DNA from: a virus
Strand: one strand, 5' to 3'
Virus record (IMG/VR): IMGVR_UViG_3300045988_062993
Location: 1-52,879 of that record
DNA length: 52,879 bases
The notes under the pieces were generated by a model, which was not told the origin of the DNA, made no database searches, and saw nothing but the letters and a program-made list of their open reading frames with translations. This document shows positions 9,140 through 18,510 of this stretch, one piece after another (position 1 is the first letter of the stretch; each line of letters begins with the position of its first letter). Position numbers and translations under genes: made by a program.

Positions 9140-9784
9140 TTACGTCGGCTTTACTGTATCGCCCATGCCTCCGGCATGGAGCGGCAGCGTATACTTGTGC
9201 GTGTGGTTTACCAGACTGATCCCGCTGATTACCGCATCGCCGCCACTACCTGTGATGTTGACTGTTCCGCCATCAATGGTGATGGTGGGTGCATTCATAC
9301 TGATTTGAGAACCGCCCACGATCTGAACGGTGCCGCCCTGAATCGTGACGGTGCAGCTTCCCACTTTCACGGTCAGCTTCCCTTTCACTTCCAGTTCAGC
9401 ATTTCCGTCAACGGTTTCCGTTTTGTTCTTCTTGGTTTCCGACTTCGTGTCGCCCTCATTGTGGAAGGTGGCTTTCTTTCCGTCATAGCGGAAATAGCAC
9501 TTTCCCGGTTCGTCATCGAAGTCCTGCCGGTAAAGGTTTTTGTCACCCTCCGGGGGCTTTTCGTTTTCTCCAAAGACAGTGCCCATCACCACGCCTTCTT
9601 CTGATCCGTTGGAATTATGCGCCACTACAACGATATCTCCGACCTTCGGCATCTTGTACCTGGCATTTGCCAGCATCGGGATCATGTCCGTCACGCTGTC
9701 TTCCCGGTCTTCGTACACGATTTCCATACAGCCGGTTTCGTAGTTGATGTTTGACACCTTGCCGAAGCGGATCGTATCTGCCAT
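9140..9784 (-). CDS. Baseplate spike / assembly protein V-like
   Basis: The N-terminal OB-like region (FGKVSNINYETGCMEIVYED) plus a C-terminal beta-helical repeat (TVTIQGGTVQIVGG..TITIDGGTVNITG) fit gpV. The ATG at 9784 overlaps the gpD stop. Confidence 0.7.
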   Translation of the reverse strand: MADTIRFGKVSNINYETGCMEIVYEDREDSVTDMIPMLANARYKMPKVGDIVVVAHNSNGSEEGVVMGTVFGENEKPPEGDKNLYRQDFDDEPGKCYFRYDGKKATFHNEGDTKSETKKNKTETVDGNAELEVKGKLTVKVGSCTVTIQGGTVQIVGGSQISMNAPTITIDGGTVNITGSGGDAVISGISLVNHTHKYTLPLHAGGMGDTVKPT

Positions 9785-11022
9785 CAGGTAACACCCCCAA
9801 TGTCCTTTGCATCGACCCAACCGGTCACATTCTTCCCCACTGGCGTTTTGCCGCAGCGGGAAGCAAGGTTCGTGATCCGGTATCGCCCTGCCACATTGAT
9901 ACCGTCATACAGGAAATACTTTCCGCTCACCTTGCGGACCGGCTTCTTGTCCACGCTGGTGTAGTAGAGCGGGGCATTGTTCAGCGTGACCTCCTTGCCG
10001 TTGGTTTCGTCCTTGTCTTCCTCGGCTCCGGGGATTTTGCTGCATTCAAAGGACTGATCCATTCCTCCGCCCCTGCTATAATCCGGTGATACCTTGTCGA
10101 TGAAGTATTTACCGGACAGCTTTCCATATCCTGTAATCTCGATGGTCTGGCTCTCGCACAGTTCGATTTGCGCCAAAGCCAGTTTGAACTTGATTTTCGT
10201 TGCGCCGTGATTCGCATTGTCCATCGCGGCTTGCAGACGGCGTTCTGCGTCGGCAGGGCTGGACGCATATTTGGATATGCGTTTTGTCCTGCCGTTCTTG
10301 CCGATCTCCGCCCTGATTTTGATTTTCTTGGTCTGGTTGGAATACTCCCAGATACCATGCGTGTATGTCCCATCGAACCCATCACTAAAACTGAACGACC
10401 CCGGCACGATGTCCGCCCGGTCGATGGTCGCCACCGTCTTTTTCTGCTTGTAAGCTTCTCGGTCATAAATCCACAGCTTCTTTGAGTACGCTTTCAGGAT
10501 CAGGCCGTAGTCTTTGCAAAGCTCGTTCAGAAAAGCACTGTCTGTTGCCTTCTGCTCTCGCTTTACGATTTCTGCGTCCTTTCCATCAAACCCCAGTTCA
10601 AGCGAGTACCGCCCGGCAATCGTCTGAGCAATTTTCTTGACGCTGGTGTTTTTCCAGATATATTCCCGGTCTTCCTCCGAAAAATCGGTATCGTTTGGTT
10701 TCGCCGTGGCGCTGATGGTCATGGTACAAGGGGCATCGCTGTAGCTGATATCGTCCACCGTCATAACACCGCCGTTCATCTGCCCTTCCTGTCCTTCATC
10801 GGGCCAGTTGTGGGTAAAAAATGTTACATCCAGTGTTGAGCCTTTTGTGGGCATCCACTTATTCAGCCATTTGTCTTCCATCGCATTGATGGTCACACTC
10901 ACGCTGTTGCTGTTATCTGCCGCATTGCCTTCGTAGGAAATGCTTTCGATATCTGCCGAAATATCCTCTGTGATGTCCTGTTCGTTATAGATCAGCTTCA
11001 CGCTTGCGCTTCTCGGTTCCAT
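9784..11022 (-). CDS. Late control gene D-like tail/baseplate hub protein
   Basis: About 412 aa in the gpD-like position after tail protein X. The start overlaps the gpX stop (TGATG). Confidence 0.75.
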   Translation of the reverse strand: MEPRSASVKLIYNEQDITEDISADIESISYEGNAADNSNSVSVTINAMEDKWLNKWMPTKGSTLDVTFFTHNWPDEGQEGQMNGGVMTVDDISYSDAPCTMTISATAKPNDTDFSEEDREYIWKNTSVKKIAQTIAGRYSLELGFDGKDAEIVKREQKATDSAFLNELCKDYGLILKAYSKKLWIYDREAYKQKKTVATIDRADIVPGSFSFSDGFDGTYTHGIWEYSNQTKKIKIRAEIGKNGRTKRISKYASSPADAERRLQAAMDNANHGATKIKFKLALAQIELCESQTIEITGYGKLSGKYFIDKVSPDYSRGGGMDQSFECSKIPGAEEDKDETNGKEVTLNNAPLYYTSVDKKPVRKVSGKYFLYDGINVAGRYRITNLASRCGKTPVGKNVTGWVDAKDIGGVT

Positions 11023-11222
11023 CAACTCACCTTCCACGGCGGCAGGCTACCGCTCTGTTCCTCCGTAAGTGCCGGGGTTTTCAGAACGACCCCGGAATCA
11101 AATCGAAAAGTTCCGACCTGTTCCGGGTTTGCCTGCATCAGGATATCGGCGCAGTATTCATCGCCGTAAACTTTCTTGGCGATCACGTCAAACGTGTCAC
11201 CACTCACCGTTATGTACGGCAC
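11022..11222 (-). CDS. Tail protein X (LysM-like)
   Basis: 66 aa with the motif SGDTFDVIAKKVYGDEYCADILMQANP. GTG start with an AGGTGAGGTG RBS. Confidence 0.7.
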   Translation of the reverse strand: MPYITVSGDTFDVIAKKVYGDEYCADILMQANPEQVGTFRFDSGVVLKTPALTEEQSGSLPPWKVS

Positions 11223-11233
11223 TGTCCGTCACC

Positions 11234-13843
11234 TCACCTGCTGTATGCCACCTTGTTATGTTTTCTGAAATACTGATCCAAGAACTGCTCGAACAGCTTG
11301 AACAGTTCCTTTGTCTTTCGGGTCACTTCCGCCGGGTCAGCATCGCCAGAAATTGTGATGTTCGGCGAGAACACGATCTGCGGCATACTGCCGTCATTGT
11401 CCTGCACGCCCAGCATTTGTCCTGCCATGCGCCAGATATCAATGTTCTGCTGCCGCACACCGCGCTGGAAGGAAATAACCGCTTCGGTTCCAGCTTCACC
11501 TGCGATAGACGGTCCGTTGGTAAAGCCACCCTGCGCAAACTGCGGCATGGCAACTTCGGACAAGTTAAAGCCGAAAGTTTTTCCCGCGAACACCGGCGAC
11601 CAATCCGGCACCGTAAAACTTATCCTGTTTAGTGCGCCGATGATGCCATTGACGACCTTGATCGTCACAGAAACAATGCTCTGGATCAGACTGATAATTC
11701 CCATGATGACCGGTTCCACGATGGGCAGTAGCGTTTGCACGATGCCGACCACGACTTTCACTGCATTCACCAGCGCTGTGCCGACCAACGACACCACCGA
11801 TGCCAGCAGCGGGATCAGCGCAGGAAGTGCCTGCGTCGTCATAAAGTTAAAGACTTCCAGAATCAGCGGTTTCAGGTAGTTTACGCCCAAGTCTACCAGC
11901 TGACCTACAATGCCAGCCACCGACTGGATCAGCGGGATAAACATTCCGAAGGCGTTGCCTGCGCCCTCGCCAAATGTCTGCGTGATAAAATCTTTGATGC
12001 CTGCCAGTCCTTCCGGTGAAAGCGCCTGCTGAATCGTAGCGCCGACGTTCTGCACTGCGCCAACAAAGCCATCAAAAACCGCAACGCCCTGTTCGCCGAA
12101 GGTGTTCTGCACAAGTCCCCGGATGTTGTCCAAGTGGTCGCCCAGAATGCTGAACAACGCGATGATGGTGCCAATCGCCACGATGACCGGACCGGTGGAA
12201 CTAAGCATTCCAAGGAACACCTTGCCCATGCCTAGAAACGGCGAAGCAGCACCTTTTGCGATGCCGCCCACGTTCAGACCGCCTTTTCCAAATACCGATC
12301 CAGCGCCCGCACCTATTACCTTCAGCAGACTACCCGAACTGTTAATCTCATTCAGCACAGCCTGCTTTGCGTTTGCGGGAATATTTTTTACGTTGTGTGC
12401 CCATCCAAAGACAGGAAGCGATTTGATAAGACCCGGATTTGCGCGAAGGTCTTTGATACCTGCCAGCATTGAACCGCCAAATCCCTTTGCTTTTCCAAGG
12501 AGTTTTGCGCCACCTCCTTTTGCTTTTCCTAACCCAGAGGACAGGAAGCTGGCAACGCCTTTCACGCCTGTTTCAATTTTTGGAGCAGCGATCATGCCGC
12601 CCCATGCGGCAGCTACCGCCGAAGCGATACCCGCCACCTGCGGTCCATTTTGAGACAGGTACTTGAACAGTGCTTCTATTTTCGGCATGATTTTGTCAAT
12701 GCCTGCCAGCACCGTGTCCATCAGACCATCTATTTTTGGCATGGCATCCGACAAAAAATCTTTCGCGTAGGGCAACAGTTTCATGCCGACCTGCTGCGCA
12801 AAGACAGATACCTTGTTGGAAGCAATGCCGAACATATCATTCCAGTTGTTTATGCTGGTCATAAACGCCCGGTCTGTCGCGCCATCCGCATCCTGTAATT
12901 CCGAAAGTTTCTGCTCGTACACATCCATGGTGTTCAGGATGCCTTGTGCGGCTTTCAAATCACGCATGGAGAACAGGGCAGCAAACTTCGTTGCGTCACC
13001 GCCTGCGTACTGCCCCAGTTTCTTAATAGTTCCGCCCAAGCCTTCCTGCTGAACCATTGCATAGGCTGACTTGTAGCCCAGACTTTCCACGGCCTTTGAT
13101 AGTGCCTTGGACGGTTTCAGCATCTTTGTGTACAGGGTGTTCAGAGCTGTACCCACGGTATCGGTATTGCCGATAACACCGGTCAAGGTTGCGAATCCGG
13201 CATACAATTCCTCTTGTGAAACGTGAAGGGTAGCGGCGGAGCCAGACGCTTTCTGGATTCCGTTTGCCAGTTCCGGCATGGTTGTTTGTCCAAGTCGGAT
13301 CGTTTCAAAGGACAGATCGGAAACGTGGGTGACAGCCCGCGCAGAGGTGTCCCCGTATGCCTTCGTAACGGCAGCCAGTGCGTTTACCGTGTCCACGGTT
13401 TCCGCCTGACCTGCGATTGCCGCCTTCGTTGCGGTTTCCAGAATACTTGCCGTATCGGCTGTGTCCTGGAACGCAGAAATGACCTGATAGGAACCAGCAG
13501 CTATTTCGGTCGATACTCTGCCCGTTACGCGGGAAATGTTCATCACATCCTGCGTAAGTTCCGTCGTGCGGGCTTTCGTTTCGTCTGCGGTGCCGGTCAG
13601 CAGCGTTCTGGTCTGCGCCATTGCCTTTTCCACGTCCGCCGCCTGTTTCCCGCAGGTAGCAGCCACACCCACCACAGCCGCCGTCACGCCAACCAGCGCA
13701 GCGGCGGAAGTTTTCGCAAAGGTGCTCACGCCCCGCGCCAGCCCCGAAGTCTGATTTTTGGCAGTTTTGATTGCCGCTGTCAGCGAGTTATCGACTTTAC
13801 CCGCAATGCGGATGCTCAGTTCTAGCGCGTTGCTTTTTGCCAT
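11234..13843 (-). CDS. Tail tape measure protein
   Basis: 869 aa, Ala/Gly-rich and helical, with a TP901-type core (...TELTQDVMNISRVTG...AGQAETVDTVNALAAVTKAYG...). It follows the chaperone pair. Confidence 0.9.
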   Translation of the reverse strand: MAKSNALELSIRIAGKVDNSLTAAIKTAKNQTSGLARGVSTFAKTSAAALVGVTAAVVGVAATCGKQAADVEKAMAQTRTLLTGTADETKARTTELTQDVMNISRVTGRVSTEIAAGSYQVISAFQDTADTASILETATKAAIAGQAETVDTVNALAAVTKAYGDTSARAVTHVSDLSFETIRLGQTTMPELANGIQKASGSAATLHVSQEELYAGFATLTGVIGNTDTVGTALNTLYTKMLKPSKALSKAVESLGYKSAYAMVQQEGLGGTIKKLGQYAGGDATKFAALFSMRDLKAAQGILNTMDVYEQKLSELQDADGATDRAFMTSINNWNDMFGIASNKVSVFAQQVGMKLLPYAKDFLSDAMPKIDGLMDTVLAGIDKIMPKIEALFKYLSQNGPQVAGIASAVAAAWGGMIAAPKIETGVKGVASFLSSGLGKAKGGGAKLLGKAKGFGGSMLAGIKDLRANPGLIKSLPVFGWAHNVKNIPANAKQAVLNEINSSGSLLKVIGAGAGSVFGKGGLNVGGIAKGAASPFLGMGKVFLGMLSSTGPVIVAIGTIIALFSILGDHLDNIRGLVQNTFGEQGVAVFDGFVGAVQNVGATIQQALSPEGLAGIKDFITQTFGEGAGNAFGMFIPLIQSVAGIVGQLVDLGVNYLKPLILEVFNFMTTQALPALIPLLASVVSLVGTALVNAVKVVVGIVQTLLPIVEPVIMGIISLIQSIVSVTIKVVNGIIGALNRISFTVPDWSPVFAGKTFGFNLSEVAMPQFAQGGFTNGPSIAGEAGTEAVISFQRGVRQQNIDIWRMAGQMLGVQDNDGSMPQIVFSPNITISGDADPAEVTRKTKELFKLFEQFLDQYFRKHNKVAYSR

Positions 13844-14570
13844 TGCTCTTGCATCTCCTGTATGTCTTTGCAGGTTTCAAGAAATTCCGTGACCGGCATT
13901 CCCATAAAGAAGTCAATGCCCGTGTGTGTTGCGCTGGCTGCTGCAACGGCAAGTTTACGCAGCGATTTCGCGCTGGCGTTTACTCGAAAAAACTTGCAGC
14001 GTTCACCGTACCGCGAACCTTCACCGCTTCATGCAGCGGCAGACCCGTGAAAAACTCCATCGGCTTGCCGGATGCGCGGGCGGCCAGAGCGCAGGAGTAG
14101 GCAAAGAAGTTCTTCATGTTCACGGAGTAGATTCCGGTTTTCAGCACTTCGTTTTCCGCCTTGGAAACATCAATGCTGGTCAGCTCTTCTACACCGGACA
14201 GATCGATTTCACTTACAGTTTCGCCCTTGAAACTGTAAGGCTTATCCAGAACGACTACGCCGTCCTTTGCCTGATCTTTCACGGCAAAAGCTTCCTGAAC
14301 CGCTGTGCGCACTTTGGAACACATAGCGATGGGCATAGCGTTGAAGAACTCCACCGGCTTGCCGGATGCGCGGGCGGCCACCTCGTCCAGAAATGCCTGC
14401 GATGCTTCCGGCGCATACAAGATGACCTGATCTTCTCCGTTGCCGATGACTTCTTTCTGCGCATCAATGGCATCCTGCATGGTCAGACCGTCCAGACCGG
14501 ACAGGTCGATGCTGGTGTATTCTTCATCTTCAAAGACATACGGCTTTTTCAGTTCGATCACATTTTCCAT
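13822..14570 (-). CDS. Tail assembly chaperone, predicted -1 frameshift-extended product
   Basis: A slippery T_TTT_TTC heptamer sits 2 codons before the stop. The -1 frame stays open for ~50 codons (RVNASAKSLRKLAVAAASATHTGIDFFMGMPVTEFLETCKDIQEMQEQWQKATR) up to 13822, overlapping the tape-measure start. Confidence 0.5.
13980..14570 (-). CDS. Tail assembly chaperone (0-frame product) with an internal tandem duplication
   Basis: It lies between the tube and tape measure genes. It contains two ~95-aa repeats (LKKPYVFEDEEYTSIDLSG...ARASGKPVEFFNAMP and LDKPYSFKGETVSEIDLSG...ARASGKPMEFFTGLP). Confidence 0.7.
   Translation of the reverse strand: MENVIELKKPYVFEDEEYTSIDLSGLDGLTMQDAIDAQKEVIGNGEDQVILYAPEASQAFLDEVAARASGKPVEFFNAMPIAMCSKVRTAVQEAFAVKDQAKDGVVVLDKPYSFKGETVSEIDLSGVEELTSIDVSKAENEVLKTGIYSVNMKNFFAYSCALAARASGKPMEFFTGLPLHEAVKVRGTVNAASFFE
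13986..13992 (-). promoter_or_regulatory. Candidate -1 programmed ribosomal frameshift slippery site (T TTT TTC)
   Basis: The minus-sense sequence agt ttt ttc gag taa fits the X_XXY_YYZ pattern in the 0 frame. Confidence 0.5.
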
Positions 14571-14590
14571 TTCGGGTTATCCTTTCTTTT

Positions 14591-14625
14591 CAAAAAATCA
14601 GCCACCCCGAAAAAATCAGGGTGGC
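14591..14625 (-). terminator. Hairpin plus U-tract attenuator between the tube and chaperone genes
   Basis: Minus sense reads GCCACCC-tgattttttcg-GGGTGGC followed by TGATTTTTTG. Confidence 0.45.
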
Positions 14626-14631
14626 CGTTCA

Positions 14632-15150
14632 TCAGGTCATAAGTTTCAGGTCTGCCAGCATATCAACGCCATTTACGCGGTAAATGTCGTTGAGTTTGTC
14701 CACAGCGATCAACTCTTCACCGCCGCACTCCATCTTGTAGCGCGTGGTTTCAATGGTCACGCTTGCTTCCATCTGGCTGCCTGCTTCCAGCGAACCGCCC
14801 TTGAAGCCCTTGACCATGCCGCCTTCCACAATGCGCATCTGGCGCATTGCGGAACCGCCAGAACGAAGTGCCACCTGCTGTGCACCGCGATAGGTCAGGT
14901 TCACATTCATGCCCTGCTGCAGCAGGTAGGCCATATCGTTGTCCAGAAGAGCCAGCGGGATTTCATGCTCTGTTGCTTCCCACTGGCCCGGCGTCGGGCT
15001 ATCGATCTCGCCGCTCACGCCAGCGCCGGACATGGTGCTGGTCTTCATCTTGAACTCGGGCGTATCAACCTTGCTGGTCACGCCGATCTTGCGGCCGTTG
15101 GAGTATACATTGAACTTTGCGATTTTATCAGGAACGTAAAGGCTGCTCAT
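14632..15150 (-). CDS. Tail tube protein (P2 FII-like)
   Basis: 172 aa immediately after the sheath gene, with Phage_tube-like sequence and a GGAAGGAGGGG RBS. Confidence 0.8.
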   Translation of the reverse strand: MSSLYVPDKIAKFNVYSNGRKIGVTSKVDTPEFKMKTSTMSGAGVSGEIDSPTPGQWEATEHEIPLALLDNDMAYLLQQGMNVNLTYRGAQQVALRSGGSAMRQMRIVEGGMVKGFKGGSLEAGSQMEASVTIETTRYKMECGGEELIAVDKLNDIYRVNGVDMLADLKLMT

Positions 15151-15166
15151 AGTTTCCCCTCCTTCC

Positions 15167-16621
15167 TTATGCCGTCATCGCTTTGGTGATGGCGTTGATA
15201 TCAAACTCCGTGATGGATTCGATATCCTCTGCGGGCAGATACATTGCCAGATACTTGTGGAAGTACAGCTTGCCATCGGCAAGGGTCTGGTCGGTGTTCT
15301 CACTTGCAAGGAACATCATTTCATACCGGGCGCAAATCTCAGCGGAAATGTAGCTGGCGCCGATGGTGTTCTGCTGGTCAATCACCGCTTCACGCAGACG
15401 GGGATTGGCACGCATATCCACATTGCCAAAGTTCGTGAGGATGAAGTTGTTGTCATCATAGCTCATGAACCGCCGGGCAGAAATGAACCGGTCTTTCGGG
15501 TCCGTGTTGTTCGGATAGGCGACCGTGTTATTGCCCCACAGCCTGAACCCGTTAAAGTTCAGGAAGGTGACGATGCCATTGCCGTTCACCTCGTTTGCCT
15601 GATCCAGATCCAGCAGAATTTCCTTGCCGTCCTCCGTGCAGATCGACGTTGCGGCAACTGCAATGTTGGACTGCGGCGGCATGGGAATACCATCGTTCTC
15701 CGCATCCTGCCGGGCAATGTATGCCGCAGCAAATGCGGTCGGGCTGTACAGCACCTCGCCAACCTTCGGGCAGCCCCAAACAGCTGCACAGTTGGGTGAA
15801 GTAAGTGCCTGCTTCGTCTTCTGGGTCCGCACATCGGAATACTTCTGTGCGCCGGTGGCAGAGCTGTCCAGATCGACCCAGCAGAACAGCCGCCAAATGC
15901 CGTTGAGCATCGTGGTCTTCGCCTGCATGATAGCCGCGCAGGTCGGGTCCTTACTGAACCATGGAGCGATCAGGTTGCCGGGCACAATGCCCAGCTTGGG
16001 GAAAATCTGGCGCAGACATTCCATGCCGGTTTCCTTGCCCGCTGCGTCCACGCTGCCGATGATGTCAGCGCCCGTCACCTTTTCCGGGGCAATGCGCTTG
16101 CCAGAAACCGTGACCTGTGACTTGCCCGCGCCCTTGCCGGACGGCAGGATCACCAGTGTAACCGTGCCGTCATCATTGAATGCGGCGGTGTAGTCGGTGC
16201 CGCTTTTCAGCGCCACATCATCAGCCTTGACCACCAGCTTATCCAGCAGCAGGCCGATGGTATCAAGCTGAACGGAACCACTGTTCACCTGAAAAGAGCG
16301 CTCCACAACATCGGCGGTGTGCTCCGTTTTTGTGGGATCCAGAACGTTGATTACGATCACAGGGGACACATTCACGATCTGGAAGGATGCAGACAGAGCG
16401 CCGCAGATCGTGTAGCTTTTGAAGTCACTGCTGTAGCCAACAAGGCTTTTAGCTTCTGCCATCGTGTGGCACAGCAGCGGCACGTTGGATGCATTGTAAG
16501 GATCATCCGCCAAATTGACCGGAGCCACACCCACAACCACCTGAACGCCAGCATCGCTTTCCAGCGGTGCCTTTACGCTGGATGGGACTTCGCTTACATA
16601 TACGCCATGACGATATGCCAT
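15167..16621 (-). CDS. Contractile tail sheath protein
   Basis: 484 aa. The N-terminus MAYRHGVYVSEVPSS...VVVGVAP is typical of sheath proteins. RBS is TAAGGAGG. Confidence 0.9.
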   Translation of the reverse strand: MAYRHGVYVSEVPSSVKAPLESDAGVQVVVGVAPVNLADDPYNASNVPLLCHTMAEAKSLVGYSSDFKSYTICGALSASFQIVNVSPVIVINVLDPTKTEHTADVVERSFQVNSGSVQLDTIGLLLDKLVVKADDVALKSGTDYTAAFNDDGTVTLVILPSGKGAGKSQVTVSGKRIAPEKVTGADIIGSVDAAGKETGMECLRQIFPKLGIVPGNLIAPWFSKDPTCAAIMQAKTTMLNGIWRLFCWVDLDSSATGAQKYSDVRTQKTKQALTSPNCAAVWGCPKVGEVLYSPTAFAAAYIARQDAENDGIPMPPQSNIAVAATSICTEDGKEILLDLDQANEVNGNGIVTFLNFNGFRLWGNNTVAYPNNTDPKDRFISARRFMSYDDNNFILTNFGNVDMRANPRLREAVIDQQNTIGASYISAEICARYEMMFLASENTDQTLADGKLYFHKYLAMYLPAEDIESITEFDINAITKAMTA

Positions 16622-16633
16622 CGTTTATCCTCC

Positions 16634-16888
16634 TTACAGCTCTGCTTTGAGCTGCTCATAAATGACCCGCTCTGCCGTCTTGGGCTGGCCCTGAACTTCG
16701 GGCTGTTCCATCCGCGCACGGGTTTCCGCCACCTTGTCGTAAGGAACGATAAGGCTTTCTGCCATCGGGTGCTGCTCAATAAATCTCTTCATGGATTCAG
16801 GCAGTTCCCCGCTGAAACTTGTGTACTGCCGCGCCACGCCACGGACGGAAGGTCCGCAGTATACACGGGTTCTTGCTTCGTTTTTCAT
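16634..16888 (-). CDS. Hypothetical protein upstream of the sheath gene (84 aa)
   Basis: Internal ATG of track ORF 16634..17023, forming an ATGA overlap with the upstream stop. Confidence 0.5.
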   Translation of the reverse strand: MKNEARTRVYCGPSVRGVARQYTSFSGELPESMKRFIEQHPMAESLIVPYDKVAETRARMEQPEVQGQPKTAERVIYEQLKAEL

Positions 16889-17397
16889 ACCATATCCTCT
16901 ATCTCTGGGTCTGTTGCTGGGTCTGCATTCGGGACTGTGCAGGTCATTTGCACAGCACCAAAGTAGTACGGGTGATAGTCGTCCTTCGACATCTGTGCAC
17001 GGATTTTCCCCTGTACGGTACACGCCCTGCCGAACCTCGGCACCGCCCTGAATCCTTTCATGATATCCGTTGCAATGTTCAGAACATCTCGGTAGCCCTG
17101 CCGTTTTAGCCCGGTGTCATACGCGCAAATGTACATCGTCACATCAACTTCCATCGGCGTGTCGCCTTCCGGCGAATCCATATCACCAATTTCTGTAATG
17201 ATGTAGGGCGCAAATGCTGCTGGGGTATCAACAGCATCGTCCCGTCCTGTGTCGATGGGCAGGTCTTGTTCAAAGAAATTCAGTTCCTTTTCCCCGCCGG
17301 GTCCGCAGTATGTTTTTCCTTTGAAGATTTTTTGAAGCGTCTGGTTCAATGCAATCTGCATCATATAAGGGGTCATGGCAAGCATTTCTTCTGTCAT
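16885..17397 (-). CDS. Putative tail completion/terminator protein
   Basis: Called from position only (between the connector genes and the sheath). No motif recognised. Confidence 0.45.
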   Translation of the reverse strand: MTEEMLAMTPYMMQIALNQTLQKIFKGKTYCGPGGEKELNFFEQDLPIDTGRDDAVDTPAAFAPYIITEIGDMDSPEGDTPMEVDVTMYICAYDTGLKRQGYRDVLNIATDIMKGFRAVPRFGRACTVQGKIRAQMSKDDYHPYYFGAVQMTCTVPNADPATDPEIEDMV

Positions 17398-18119
17398 TAC
17401 CTCGCCCCCTTCTTCGCTGCCGCTCTGGCAAGCGTTTTCTGGATCGACGCTTCAAGCTTCTTCTCCAAGGTGTCCTGCACATCCGGCTCTACCTGTTCCC
17501 AGATTACATGATGCATAGCCGCTGCCGAAGGGCTTCCCATGGATTGCAGCGTTTCCACGTTGCCATCTTTGTTCCGCCAGCGCGGTGCGCCGGATTTCTT
17601 TGTGACCGTGTTATGGCTGCTGGAACCAATGACGCGCTGCACCATGCCAACGTGCCCGCTGGCAAACTCCACCAGAAAGCCTTTACTCAGGTTTCCCTTG
17701 CCGGTCAGCCGCTTCATGCTGCCAGATTTCAGAACTTTCGCTCTGAAATGTGCCGGGGCATTCGCCACATCCTGTCCGACATACGGTCTTGACGGGATAG
17801 TTTTGAAATAGCCCAGATCATTTTTCATTGCGTCTTTCTGTCCCGGTCCGCCAATGTGCAGCTCTGCGCCTAAATCGGATACCCTCGCCTTCTTCCTGAT
17901 TTTTAAATCATTCAGGTGGCGGCGGCCGGCGCTGTTTACTGCATACCGTGCTTTCGCTTCCCGGATCATCACCTTGCGGGCATCCTTTGCGGTTTCATTG
18001 ACCGCGTTTCGGATAACCAAAGGTGCTTTCTTTCCAAGGTTGCCCAGGGCGTTTGCAACGTCCTTTTCGCCGATCAGCTCAATTGTTAAGTTGTCGGCAT
18101 TGTACCGTGCGTAGCTCAT
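17397..18119 (-). CDS. Putative head-tail connector protein (HK97 gp10-like N-terminus)
   Basis: Position after the capsid module plus weak N-terminal similarity recognised by eye. Confidence 0.45.
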   Translation of the reverse strand: MSYARYNADNLTIELIGEKDVANALGNLGKKAPLVIRNAVNETAKDARKVMIREAKARYAVNSAGRRHLNDLKIRKKARVSDLGAELHIGGPGQKDAMKNDLGYFKTIPSRPYVGQDVANAPAHFRAKVLKSGSMKRLTGKGNLSKGFLVEFASGHVGMVQRVIGSSSHNTVTKKSGAPRWRNKDGNVETLQSMGSPSAAAMHHVIWEQVEPDVQDTLEKKLEASIQKTLARAAAKKGAR

Positions 18120-18457
18120 TGCCTTCTCCGGTCTATGGTTATCACATAAAGTCCCTGCTGCTCGTCAAAGTTCTGGATCGTCAAGTCTGCACCGTCTACC
18201 TGAATGGGATTTCCGATTTTCGGTTTCTTGCCAAAGTCCCCCGCCTTGACATATAGCTTTTTGCTTGTAGTGTAAATCTGCGTGCCGAAGCTCTGTCGGA
18301 CACCGCCCTCCCAATGTCCGCCACTTTCTTTCAGCGTATCATTGGAGATCACGGCCTTCATCTTCTGCCCATTGATGGTGTGTTCTTCTGCGAAGATATC
18401 ATCATCCAAAAAAACAGCGTCAATGTCTTCTGCAAGCAGTTTTTTGAAGTCTGACAT
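18116..18457 (-). CDS. Putative head-tail adaptor/head completion protein
   Basis: 113 aa, the first gene after the major capsid gene, with a GAGGAAAG RBS. Confidence 0.45.
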   Translation of the reverse strand: MSDFKKLLAEDIDAVFLDDDIFAEEHTINGQKMKAVISNDTLKESGGHWEGGVRQSFGTQIYTTSKKLYVKAGDFGKKPKIGNPIQVDGADLTIQNFDEQQGLYVITIDRRRQ

Positions 18458-18510
18458 TTTCTTTCCTCAAAAAGATGCTCCCCGCCGGGTATTGGCAGGG
18501 AGCATTTTCT

